A stretch of DNA of 63,466 bases, the filler included, from Welwitschia mirabilis (Eukaryota), in NCBI GenBank assembly GCA_051453625.1. It is 4 parts of one record of this genome, joined end to end, with 100 filler letters (N's around TTAATTAATTAA, not from the genome) between each part and the next. Parts side by side here need not be neighbours in the genome. Positions count along the whole stretch, not along the records: positions 30,543 to 54,586 come from JBOZIK010000001.1; positions 54,687 to 60,553 come from JBOZIK010000001.1; positions 60,654 to 63,466 come from JBOZIK010000001.1; 1 more part is not named here. One strand, 5' to 3'. The translations under genes were made by a program, and so were the position numbers. The number at the start of each line of letters is the position of its first letter. Position 1 is the first letter of the stretch. Under the pieces are notes generated by a model. The model saw only the letters and a list, made by a program, of their open reading frames with translations, was not told the DNA's origin and did no database searches. Shown one piece after another: positions 53,201 through 63,466 of the stretch.

Positions 53201-54586
53201 AAAGTTTTATTCCAAAATTGATAAGGGAATTTTTCTAGGTTACTCCATGATTAATAAAGCCTACATAGTGTTCAATAATAAAACTATAATAGAGGAAACT
53301 ATAAATGTTAAAATAAATGATACTAACTCAATTTCTATTTATATGTAAGATGATTATATTTGCATAAAGTTTAAATAATCATCTAGTAATCCTCAAGCAC
53401 ATTCAAATAGTAAGGAGGAGAAATAATAAAAAATAGATAAGGAAACTTGTTCAAACATGATCAAACTAAAAAGAAGCCATTCCTTAAGCAACATCATGGA
53501 TAGGCTATATGATGGTATTCAAACTCAAAGCCATACTAAGGAATTCTATGGATTTGTGGCATATATCTTAAGGTAAAATCCAAAACTTGCAATGAAGTAG
53601 AAAGTGATGAATATTAAATGCTAGTAATGCAAAATGAACTTAATTAGTATGAAAGGTGTGATTCCTGATAACTCACTCCAAGACCATCTAACAAATCTAT
53701 TATTGGCATAGAATAGGTTTTTATAAATAAAATAGATAAAAATGATAATGCTATTAGAGACAAAGCAAGGTTAGTAGCTAAAGGATATAACCAATAAGAA
53801 AGAATAGAGTTTAAAGAAACCTTTGCACTAGTAGCTCATATGGAGCCCATAAGAATGCTTTTAGTCTTTGCATTGTTAAAGGATTTAGACTCTACCCAAT
53901 GAATGTTATAAGTGCCTTTCTAAATGGAGTACTTCAATAAAAAGTACATGTTGAGAAACCTAAATCATTTACGAACTTTTATAAAATAGACTATGTCTAC
54001 AAACTAAAAAAAGCTCTTTATGGTCTTAAGCAAGCTCCTAAAGCTTGGTATGATAAATCCTTAGGTTATCTATAGAAAAAATAGATAAGGGAACTTATTT
54101 AAACATGATCAAACTAAAAATAAGTCATTCCTCAAGTAATTTCATACATATCCTATATGGTGGTATTCAAACTCAAAGCCATAATAAGAAATTCAATGGA
54201 TTTGTGACATATATCTTAAGATAGAATCCAAAACTTTCAGTTAAGTAGAAAGTGATGAATATTGGATGCTAGCAATGAAAAATGAATTTAATCAGTTTAA
54301 AAGATGTAATCCCTAGGAACTTACTCAAAGATCATCTAACAAATCTATTATTGACATAGAATAGGTTTTTAGAAACAAAATAGATAAAAATGATAATGCT
54401 ATCAGAAACAAAAAAAGGTTAGTAGCTAAAGGGTATAATCACTAAGAAAGCATAGACTTTAAAGAAACCGTTGCACTAGTAGCTTGTATGGAGTCCATAA
54501 GAATGAATTTAGTCTTTGCATGTATTAAAAGATTCAGACGCTACCCAATGGATATTAAAAGTGCCTTTCTAAATGAAGTACTTTAA
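50275..54586 (+). pseudogene. Sirevirus gag-pol (gag, protease, integrase, partial RT), degenerate
   Basis: MEGVPSIRPSLVNGINYAYWKRRM, WYVDSGCSRHL (52070), LHKKLG, IRSDN, GIFLGYS, KARLVAKGY and YKLKKALYGLKQAPKAWY; many stops and frameshifts. Confidence 0.95.
53429..54586 (+). repeat. 648-bp-period tandem duplication within pol of D
   Basis: ATAGATAAGG at 53433 and 54081; colinear until the gap. Confidence 0.93.
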
Positions 54587-54686
54587 NNNNNNNNNNNNNN
54601 NNNNNNNNNNNNNNNNNNNNNNNNNNNNNNTTAATTAATTAANNNNNNNNNNNNNNNNNNNNNNNNNNNNNNNNNNNNNNNNNNNN
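54587..54686. other. Assembly linker gap
   Basis: N44-TTAATTAATTAA-N44. Confidence 0.95.
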
Positions 54687-55173
54687 GTGGTTTAGCCAGA
54701 GTGACTATATTGCTTGAATGGTTTAGCATGAAAAATGCAAAGCTTGTGAGTACTCCTCTAGCTACCCACTTTCACTTGTCTAGAAAGGACTGTCCCAGCT
54801 CAAAAGAAGATGTTGCTAAGGTGAGAAACATTCCAAATGCCTCAGCGGTAGGCTCACTCATGTTTGCTATGGTATGTACCCCTCCTGATATTGCTTATGC
54901 AGTTGGAGTAGTTAGTAGATACATGAGTAATTATGATTGGAATTATTGGCTTGTTATAAAATGGATTCTTAGATATTTGAAGGGTACACAATTGCATTGT
55001 CTGTGTTTTGGCAACGAAGATTTAAGCCTAGAAGGCTTTGTAGATGCTAATTTTGCAGCAGATTTGGACAATAGACGTTCTACCACAGGTTACGCTTTTA
55101 CTTTTGGTGGAGGTGCAGTCAGCTGGCTGTCACGTCTTCAACCAATAGTGACTTTGTCCACTATAGAGGTAGA
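54687..55173 (+). pseudogene. Ty1/copia RT C-terminus and RNase H start (Tnt1/Tork-like)
   Basis: ASAVGSLMFAMVCTPPDIAYAVGVVSRYMSN, KWILRYLKGT and GFVDANFAADLDNRRSTTGYAFTFGGGAVSWLSRLQ; flanked by gaps. Confidence 0.95.
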
Positions 55174-55299
55174 NNNNNNNNNNNNNNNNNNNNNNNNNNN
55201 NNNNNNNNNNNNNNNNNNNNNNNNNNNNNNNNNNNNNNNNNNNNNNNNNNNNNNNNNNNNNNNNNNNNNNNNNGACTATATAAAATATATAAAGTCACA

Positions 55300-56260
55300 C
55301 TATAAAGGAATAAATAATATCAAGAGATTTGGCTTCACTTCCAACACCCAAATGAGTTTAGTAGTCTCTAAAGGCATCACTCGACTGCTAATATGAGGCT
55401 CCATGGAATTCCGTAACATTGTTATGAATTGGGTGTTTTCTTGCGCCCACGTTAAAAGCTTTGTTGTCAAGGCCATCTGCATTGCTGTGGATCACAAAAA
55501 GTAGTTTTTCTCCCTTAAGTTTAAGGGAGGTTATATGAAATGCCTGAAATTGTATGGGAGTCATCAAGAATGTCTTGCTTCCACTAGAACTCATCTTTGC
55601 TACCCCACAAACGCGACAACAAACAACTTTGGAGAGAAGACATTGGAAGAAAACCCTAGATAAGATGTCTAGGGTTTGAAATTTCCAAACTTTTCACACC
55701 AAACCCTAACCCAGGGTTTTAACAACTTCACAAACATCCCAAAAATACCAAAACTATCCAAGAAGCCTCCTCTATTGGCCATAATAACTTGCTATAACAT
55801 CACAATTTTTCATCACATCACTAGGGTTTCAACATGAAACTACCAACATAGACCAAAATGCAAAGGACAACAAGCCTTAGCATCTTTTCAGTATCACCCA
55901 AGAGGAGATGCTTCCCAGAAGAGACAGAATCTAACAAAAAATGATGCCCTAGCACGAAGACATTGCCCTTAAGACCAAACCTTGCTTTGAGATCATGGAA
56001 AGGTCCGCAAACATTAGTGGTAGAGCAAAAAGAAGAAGAAAGAGAAGACAGTTTACGAACCCTTGAGTGTTATTGTTTTCCAACACTTAAATGAGGGGAC
56101 TGTTCCCTTTTTATATTAGATCATGAGGTCAACTTTACATGTGCTCTCAAAACCCTAACGTCTTGGTTTGGCGAGACTTTACTTTATAACTTTATAACAC
56201 AATGTTACTTTACAACATTGACCCCCTTCAATATATGATACATAATATGCATGTATAACA
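55300..56260 (-). mobile_element. Copia (Ale/Retrofit-like) 5' end: short LTR ~55996-56260, decayed PBS 55984-55995, UTR and frameshifted gag
   Basis: gag motifs ITSLKLKG and WAQENTQFITMLRNSMEPHI (ORFs 55388-55594, 55300-55482); reverse PBS GCTTTGAGATCA resembles GCTCTGATACCA; right end TATAACA. Confidence 0.7.
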
Positions 56261-56263
56261 CAT

Positions 56264-56678
56264 TGTTGATATGTGAAGCCAAATTTATTATTTTTGTAAC
56301 ATCCTTAATGTTATGTTTTTCGTTGCCCCACTTTAATATTGTAAAAGGAGGTTTTTATTTTAAATCCGTCTTTGGGGGCATTAGGTAGAGATTGGGCATG
56401 TGTTAAGAGAGGGATGATATCCTCTTTAGGGTTTTGGCTTAAAGCCTTAATTGGCTATAACCCTTGGCCTATTTAATAGTGGTGTGAGGTGTTCTTGCTT
56501 GAAGCCTGTTGTTAGCTTGAAGCCTATTCTTGGCTTGTAATCTTTAAAGAAGATAATTGAGCTCTGGATTGCTTTCTTGTGGTTTTTCCTCTCATTGGGT
56601 TTTCCACGTAAATCATTGTGTCTCTGTGTTCTCTTGCTGCTTTCTTTAATTCCTTTACTGTCGTGTATTTTCGTAACA
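56264..56678 (+). repeat. Copia LTR (Tnt1/Tork-like), ~415 bp
   Basis: TGTTGATATGTGAAGCCAAA...CGTAACA; internal GGGTTTTCCACGTAAATC; followed by PBS TGGTATTAGAGCC at 56681-56693. 5' edge less certain. Confidence 0.75.
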
Positions 56679-56680
56679 CT

Positions 56681-56899
56681 TGGTATTAGAGCCATGGTGG
56701 TTGGCTGGTTTCGGGTTCGAGTCTCCCTGGTGGGTTCCCAATTTATGTGAGCACATGGCATGTGGATTGAAGGGAAGATTGTTGGGTATGCACTCCCTAT
56801 GCCCAGCCTGACAAGGGGGTAAATATAAAACGCCCTAGTTTCCACCTAAGTCATGGCTTTTGGTGTGATGGTAAAAGGCCTAACGATTGGTATCAGAGC
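56681..56899 (+). mobile_element. TRIM-like cassette: PBS, short internal, PPT, 106-bp mini-LTR, second PBS
   Basis: PBS at 56681; GGTTCGAGTCT at 56714-56724; PPT GAAGGGAAGAT at 56769-56779; mini-LTR TGTTGGG...CCTAACG at 56780-56885; PBS TGGTATCAGAGC at 56888-56899. Confidence 0.8.
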
Positions 56900-57008
56900 A
56901 CTAGGTTTCGAGCTCACACGCTTTGGCAATAAGCTTTGTGTTCGTAAACCCTACGAGCGACAATGGAGCGTTTGGCATTTGTCTATATAGCCGTACAGTT
57001 AAACAACG

Positions 57009-60000
57009 ATGGAGTGTTTGCAGACTAGCAACTGACTAGTCGGAGCTGAGAACTAGGGTGTATAGAAGGTTTTGACGGAAGACATCATGGGCCAGAAGGA
57101 ATGTGACGCTATCCTAAGGACGAAAGTAGATGCAGAGGCAGTATCTAGATTGTCTTTGATGCTGAATGGCTGAAGAAGTACCCTAATGAAGAGTGGAAGA
57201 AACTTGACAGAAGGGCGTTTTCATTGATTTGACTGTGCTTTGGCAACATGATTCTTTAATCCCATAACAAGATTTCTACAACAGCTAAACTGTGGTAGAT
57301 TTTGATGTAGAAGTATGATCAGCCTACTAGCATGAACTAGTTTTAGACTGTCAACAAGGCCTTACAATTGAAGATGAAAGAAGGTGCATCGCTGCAAGCA
57401 CACTTGGACGAGATGAAGTCGTTGTTCACACAGTTGGACGACCTTAGGGTAACGTTTGAAGAAAACCTAAGGGTAATCGCAATTCTCAGTTCCTTGCCTA
57501 ATTCCTACGAGACTATTCGCACTACCCTGATAACAACCTTAAATCTTATGCCACCCTTAAATACTGTTATTTTAAAGCTTTTGGATGCCTATAAGACTAG
57601 GGCTATTGAGTTTGTTGGAGAACCTCTTGCTATTCGTGGAGGACGTTCTCAGACCAGATTGCTTGCTTTCTATCCTATGAAGAAGGCGTCTTCGTTAGAT
57701 TGTTCTATAAAGGCCTATCAGAGAGAAGATGATCTACAAAACACTCAACAGATCAAGAGGTGCAACGTTAGACCGGTCAGCTACTTGACGTGAAAAGCAT
57801 GCGTCCTGCCATTCGTAAGGATTCATATGCTTCAATATGCTTATAGGGCATAGGTTTAGTAATTGTTTTCGATTCGTCAGCTAGTCTTCAGCATATGTAG
57901 TCGCTACCCCCCGACATACCCGCAGTGGGATCCTTATTTGATGAGAAGCGACGAGGGTCAAGGTATTGGTAAGTCCAGGGTAAGTGAGAGACCGTAAAGG
58001 GCTGGAATCATGTTCTTCAATACATAGACTCGTAGGAAGGTCAGTGAGGAAGGGTTCGTTATTAGCTTCATCTGACCAATACATCCTTCGATGCATCAAC
58101 TTCGTACTGGGCACGATTTAACAAAATGAGAATGCATGAGTGAGCTTCAACATGGTACTCATTATTGGGTCACTAGGAGGACGTTGACAGAGCAAGAGCA
58201 GAGGTAGATCTGTCAACAGAAGCATTGAATGTTGGCACTGCATGAAGACAGACCATTTACGAAAGGACTGCTATAGCCTAAAAAATAAGCGTAGATAGAA
58301 GGAAGGAAGTAACCAGCAGAACCAGGAAGGAGGATAAGGGTTGAATGCAGAAGGGGATGTTGATGTTGGGTTGATTATGGATACATAAGAGGTAAACATT
58401 TCCCAATAGTCTTGTCCTAACATTTGGATTCTGGATTCAGGTGCTTCTTTCCGTGTCTACCCAGATGTTCCCATGTTTTCTTCATATAACAAAGTTTTAG
58501 AGAAGTATGTGTATCTAGGGGATGATCGAGCTATGAGATCAAAGGAATTGGGTTTGTAATGTTGCAACGAACTAATGGTAGAAAACTATTTCTTTAGGAT
58601 GTTAGACATGTGCCTCAACTTATGAAAAATTTAATCTCAGCAGTTAATTAGATGCTGCTATTGGTTTAGTCTTCTTTGGCGCAGGTGGGTGGAAGGTAAC
58701 GAAAGGCGCTATGGTGCTAGCACAAGGACAGAAAGAAGGAACCTTGTACACTCTCCATGTTGATGTGTTGAAGCACAATGTTGTTGTTGCTGCTGATAAG
58801 AATGTATCTCTTTGGCATAAGAGACTTGGACATCCCAGTGAAATAGGCAGATTTTGATGCAGAAGTATGATGCAGAAGTATGATCAGCCTACTAGTATGA
58901 TCAGCCTACTAGTATGCATCATTGCAAGCACACGTGGACGAGATGGACGGCCTGTCCACACAGTTGGACGACCTGAGGGTGATGTTTGAAGAAGACCTAA
59001 AGGTAATCATGGTTCTCAGTTCCTTGCCTGATTCTTGGGAGACTATTCATACTACCTTGATGACTGCCTCATATACTATGTCGTGATTGAAATTGTAATT
59101 TCAAAGCTTCCAGATGCATACAAGACTAGGGTTGTTGAGAAGCCCTCGCTTTTCGTAAAGGACATTCTCAAACCAGAGGAGGAGGATGTTGGCAAAGCAA
59201 GAGCAGAGGAAAATCCGTCAACAGAAGCATTAAATGTTGGCACTGCAAGAAGAAAGGTCATTTACGGAAGGACTGGTACAGCCTGAAAAACAAGCGTATA
59301 CAGAAAGGAGGAGGTAACCAGCAAAACCAGGAAGAAGGACAAGGGTTGAATGCAGAAGGAGATGTTGACATTCTGTTGATTACAGATAGATGCACAAGAG
59401 ATAAACATTTCCCAATACTCTTGTCCTGATGTTTGGNNNNNNNNNNTTGGATTTTGGATTTTGGATTTTAGATTTTGGTGCTTCTTTTCATGCCTGCCCA
59501 AATGTTTCGATGCTTTTTTCCTATAACAAAGTTTCAGAGAAGAATGTATATCTCAGAGATGATCGACGCTATGAGATCAAAGGAATTGGATCTATAGTGC
59601 TACAAGGAAGTGATGGCAGAAAACTATTCCTTCAGGATGTTAGACATGTGCCTCAACTTACTAAAAACTTAATCTCAATAGGTCAATTAGATGTTGCTGG
59701 TTGTTCAGTCTTCTTTGGTGCAGGCGGCTGGGAGGTAACAAAAGGTGCCTTGTTGCTGGCACGAGGACAGAAAGAAGGGACCTTGTACACTTTGCATGTT
59801 GATTTGGTAAAGCACAGTGTTGTTGTTGCTGGTGATGAGGATGTATCTCTTTGGCAAAAGAGACTTGGACATCTTAGTGAAACTGGCATAAAGGCTTTTA
59901 GTTCTAAAAACGTGCTTCCAAAGTTTGATTCTGTTTTTTAGATTTCTGTAAGGATTGTGCTATTGCAAAAGCAAAACGTATAAACTTTAAGAAATGCCTT

Positions 60001-60553
60001 TCTGAAAAATAAACTGCTGGAAAGCTAGATTTGGCTTATTCCAATGTTGTTGGGCCTATGACAGTAACATCTTTTGGTGGACCGTCATATTTTGTTACTT
60101 TTATTGATGACTTCAGTTGAAAAACTTGGTTGTTTCCAATTTCATCGAAAGATAGTCTTTGATATTTTCAAACAATTTAAAGCTAGAGTGGAAAATGAAT
60201 CAAATTGTAAAACTAAACGCTTAGTGATAGATAATGGAGGTGAATACACCTCTCATGACTTTGAGATGTTTTACAAAGAATAATGGAGGGGCTGAAAGCT
60301 ATAATAGAACTGTTTTAAAAAGTTTGCGTTCATTGTTGCAACAATCTGGAGTTCCATAACATCTTTGGGTTGAAGCAGCTAATACAGCTGCATATCTTAT
60401 AAACAGGTCACTGCATTCAACACTTCAAGGAGGTATACCAGAGTCTGTTTGGAGTGGGAGGAAGCCATCTTTCTCTCATTTGAAGGTGTTTGTCTGTGAA
60501 GCATACGTGCATTAGCAGAACACAAGAAAGCTGAATGGTCATGCACGCAGGTG
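57009..60553 (+). pseudogene. Ty1/copia gag-protease-integrase (Tnt1/Tork-like), with internal duplication and insertion
   Basis: LKMKEGASLQAHLDEM, AILSSLPNSY, CWHCMKTDHLRKDC, WILDSGAS (58425), LQDVRHVPQLTKNLISIGQLD, LWQKRLGHLS, FIDDFS, DNGGEY and WVEAANTAAYLINRS. Confidence 0.95.
57659..58174. other. 516-bp non-TE insert within copia gag
   Basis: Absent from the duplicate copy, where CCAGA-GGAGGAGGATGTT is contiguous near 59173-59190; CpG-rich relative to the window; no TSD or terminal repeats. Confidence 0.85.
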
Positions 60554-60653
60554 NNNNNNNNNNNNNNNNNNNNNNNNNNNNNNNNNNNNNNNNNNNNTTA
60601 ATTAATTAANNNNNNNNNNNNNNNNNNNNNNNNNNNNNNNNNNNNNNNNNNNN
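60554..60653. other. Assembly linker gap
   Basis: N44-TTAATTAATTAA-N44. Confidence 0.95.
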
Positions 60654-62158
60654 TGATAAAAATATAATATTAAATTAAATATGGATACTAAAATTTCTTT
60701 TTTTTAAAGAGTAAAACCCCTAATCACTTACCGATAATCATCCATTAGCAACCTCTATCACCAAGCATAATAGACCCTTCATATCTCCCAACATCTCGAT
60801 GAGAGCTAATGGGAAGGAATAATATTTTATAACATAATTACATAAAAATCATAAATAATTCTCTAATGCAATATCACATTATTTCACTGGAATCTTAAAA
60901 ATAAATCATATGCACAATAAAAATAAAGAGCTTACTTGGGAAGATTAGTAATTCCTTGATAGTTGAAGATTGATAAAGATCTAAGCTTAAGAGTTTCTTA
61001 GTTTCAAGCTTCCAAGCTCCAAGTTTCACAAGCAAGAGAATAAAAGAAAGAAAAAGAAAAAATGAAATGCATTTGTATTTAAAAAAATGAAAAGTATCTC
61101 CCTTTTACAAGAGAGAAAAGGATCTTTATATATAGATAAACAAAGGTACATTGCTCAAGATAATAAGATCACATGATTTAGAATTGATAAGTGGGATGAG
61201 TAAAAAGTGACATTAGAGTATAAAACAAAATCATATTTATGACTCATACACNNNNNNNNNNTAATAAGCAAGATTAATTAGATATATCATTTCCTCATGA
61301 TAGATACTTTTTAATCATTTATAGGCTTATAGATAAGTTTAATTCATTCAAGACATGCATCAAAAGAATAAATACACAAATCTCAAAATTGTCATGGGGC
61401 ATAATAAGACAAACTCTTTAATTCTAATGAATAAAAAAATAGTATGAAATGAACCAAGTGTTCTTACACATGTCAAGAATATAAAAGTAATGATAGAGTA
61501 AATCTACTCATTTATCATTCTTGGTTCTACATAAAAGTGCATGTACTTGTTTAAATTCTTATTTATTTCAAAATGCATAAAATCTATCAATCACATTACA
61601 CAAGAAAGAANNNNNNNNNNNNNNNNNNNNNNNNNNNNNNNNNNNNNNNNNNNNNNNNNNNNNNNNNNNNNNNNNNNNNNNNNNNNNNNNNNNNNNNNNN
61701 NNNNNNNNNNGTTCTAGGTAAGAGTCAAATGCTTATTTATTTCAAAATGCATAAAATCTATCAATCACATTACACAAGAAAGAAAATATTTATTCATGAT
61801 ATAGTACACCTATAACATTTACCAAGAATTTAAATGAGTAACTAAGATGTAAAATATATTATTATGTTTTCTTAAAATTTTTAATTTACTATTTTTATCA
61901 TGTCATTTTAATTCCTCACATACTGGGATTATCCATGTTTTCATAGCTTTTCTCATAAAAACCTTCTAACATAATTTTTTTATCATTTTCATGGTAAATT
62001 ATGAAACTTAAAAACTAAAGTTAATGTAAAATGACATCTTATTTTGGCAAGGATTCTAAATAAGAATAATTAATTATTTAATTAATAGGTTAGTATACTT
62101 AATATTTGAGTAAATAAGATTTACAAAATATGGAATATGATAACTATGCACCCTAACA
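60654..62158 (-). mobile_element. Probable long LTR inserted into the neighbouring copia RT
   Basis: Read on minus, the RT frame ...TWESVDL is cut by TGTTAGGGTGCA at 62158; non-coding and AT-rich with a TATA-like segment near 61125-61135. Confidence 0.55.
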
Positions 62159-62159
62159 A

Positions 62160-63466
62160 AAGGTCTACTGACTCCCAAGTGTTATTTTTAATAAGACTAT
62201 CATATTCTTCTTACATCGCTTTTATTTAATGATCATGTTGAATAACATTTTTAAATGAGGTTAGTTCACCATCAAACGTTAAATAGAGCCATCGTTATCA
62301 TCAACATGAAATGTATGTGAGCCATTTCTAGTTATAGTATTACTCTTCTCATCATCATGAACATCTTAGAGAATAGATTATAAGAATGCTAAGAACACTA
62401 AATTTCTCAATTCCTATAGGTTTAAAATAAGTTATATTAATAGAAAGAACTAAAGCATCATTGATAACTACATCTTACCCCTCAACCATAGGATATTAAG
62501 CATCCAATATGGTTACTCAGTTATAAGAAAGATAAAACTTTAAAGAATCAAGCTGAGAATCATGGTTTTAAGTCTCTAAAAAGATGACATCATGAGAAAT
62601 AATGATTTTATGATACTATAGAAGATACATCCATTCACCTTTTGATTGGTTAAATATCCAAAAAATGCCTATGCAAGCATGTGCTTTAAATTTATAATAG
62701 TATTAATGTGGAATATGGACATAGCACTTATAGACAAAAACATAAAAATGGCATAACTTTGAGCTTGTAACTATGACACTTTTTAGCTAGAGATACTTCT
62801 TTTTTGGTACATTAGCCAATATGATTATTAAAATGCATAGTTGTACTCACTAATTCACCTTAAATATAGATCTTATCACTAATAAAATACGTCATGGAAT
62901 AGGCACTATCTATAATAATATGATTAAATATCTCATTAATGCGATTTTGTTTAGTAGTTCTAGTGTAAGTCTTCAAATGTCAAATTTCCTTAGAAGCTAA
63001 AAAACTCTCAAACTTAGCATATGTGTACTCGCCATCATTACCTAAGTATAACGTTTAACCACTTTAGTTTTAAACTTCTTAAAAATATCTAAAGTTTACA
63101 ATTTAGATTTTATGAAGTACATCCAAGTCATTTTAGATTAATCATCAATAAAGAATATAAAATAATGAAATTCATAAAGAGTAAAAACTAGCATAGATCT
63201 CAACCTTTTCAATATTAATTATAGTAATTTCTTAGGAAAACCCTGTGTATTCTCAAATCAAGAACAAATGAGTGAGAACTCTGAGGCATATGAAACAATG
63301 AAGTCATAAAATGTAAAATCATCCTTAGTAAAACAACAGAATGTTACAACGTATGACTTCCTCATAGATCCCATTAGTTGAGATAAATCTCTTAAGATTA
63401 ATGAATAACTATCATAATAAACCAAATCTGAGCTTGAAAATATGCTATCTTTTAGTAGGAACATCT
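62160..63466 (-). pseudogene. Highly degenerate Ty1/copia pol (integrase core, SH3-like domain, RT start)
   Basis: Minus-strand FIDD*SKMTWMYFIKSK, DIFKKFK, NDGEYT, CYVHIP, ISHDVIF and AM*EEYDSLIKNNTWESVDL. Confidence 0.9.

Larger units (their letters stand above)
48814..54586 (+). mobile_element. Sirevirus-type copia element D (5' LTR 48814-50223, PBS ~50226, gag-pol; truncated by gap)
   Basis: LTR end, PBS and leader match A (ATTCACATCTATCCTCTG...AGTGATATTA); AGAYRTCT motif cluster at ~49020-49410; interrupts the 5' LTR of C. Confidence 0.9.

Noticed and set aside
56700-56745. Intact tRNA gene
   Set aside because: Only a T-loop-like motif; I could not build a cloverleaf. Kept as a motif-level finding.
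59431-59480. TTGGATT heptamer stutter in the protease WILDSG motif
   Set aside because: Adjacent to a 10-N patch; cannot be told from an assembly artefact.
61558-61783. ~53-bp direct repeat flanking an N gap, and ORF 61573-61815
   Set aside because: Identical sequence on both sides of a gap, most likely unmerged contig overlap.
62560-62900. DNA-transposon transposase or host exon
   Set aside because: Minus-strand translation gives copia integrase C-terminal motifs (CYVHIP, ISHDVIF).

Overview
Plant nuclear repeat-dense DNA; I can support no intact host gene, RNA gene or CRISPR array. The window is a stack of nested, decayed LTR retrotransposons: Athila-type Ty3/gypsy, Sirevirus-type and other Ty1/copia. 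It also holds (AG)n/(CA)n microsatellites and N gaps, three of which carry the artificial TTAATTAATTAA contig linker. LTR ends, PBS/PPT sites and target-site duplications resolve a four-level nest. A minus-strand gag-protease-only Athila (C, ~16833-48813) carries a Sirevirus in its 3' LTR (A, 17953-43804, TSD ATAGC; env-like ORF but no integrase core/RT). A carries a second Athila in its own 3' LTR (B, 26582-43591, TSD GTAGT/GTGGT), and B contains younger LTRs of its own family. A related Sirevirus (D) sits in C's other LTR. Old elements show heavy C>T/G>A decay in CG, CHG and CHH contexts. The younger block 54687-60553 holds the most unusual structure: a copia LTR followed by a TRIM-like cassette (PBS, short internal with a tRNA B-box-like motif, PPT, 106-bp mini-LTR, second PBS) fused to copia gag-pol. 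That gag-pol also has a 516-bp foreign insert and a scarred tandem duplication. The sequence style (AG microsatellites, AT-rich decayed TEs) would fit a duckweed such as Spirodela, but that is an untested guess. All calls were made by eye, and boundaries not anchored by TSD, PBS or PPT are approximate.
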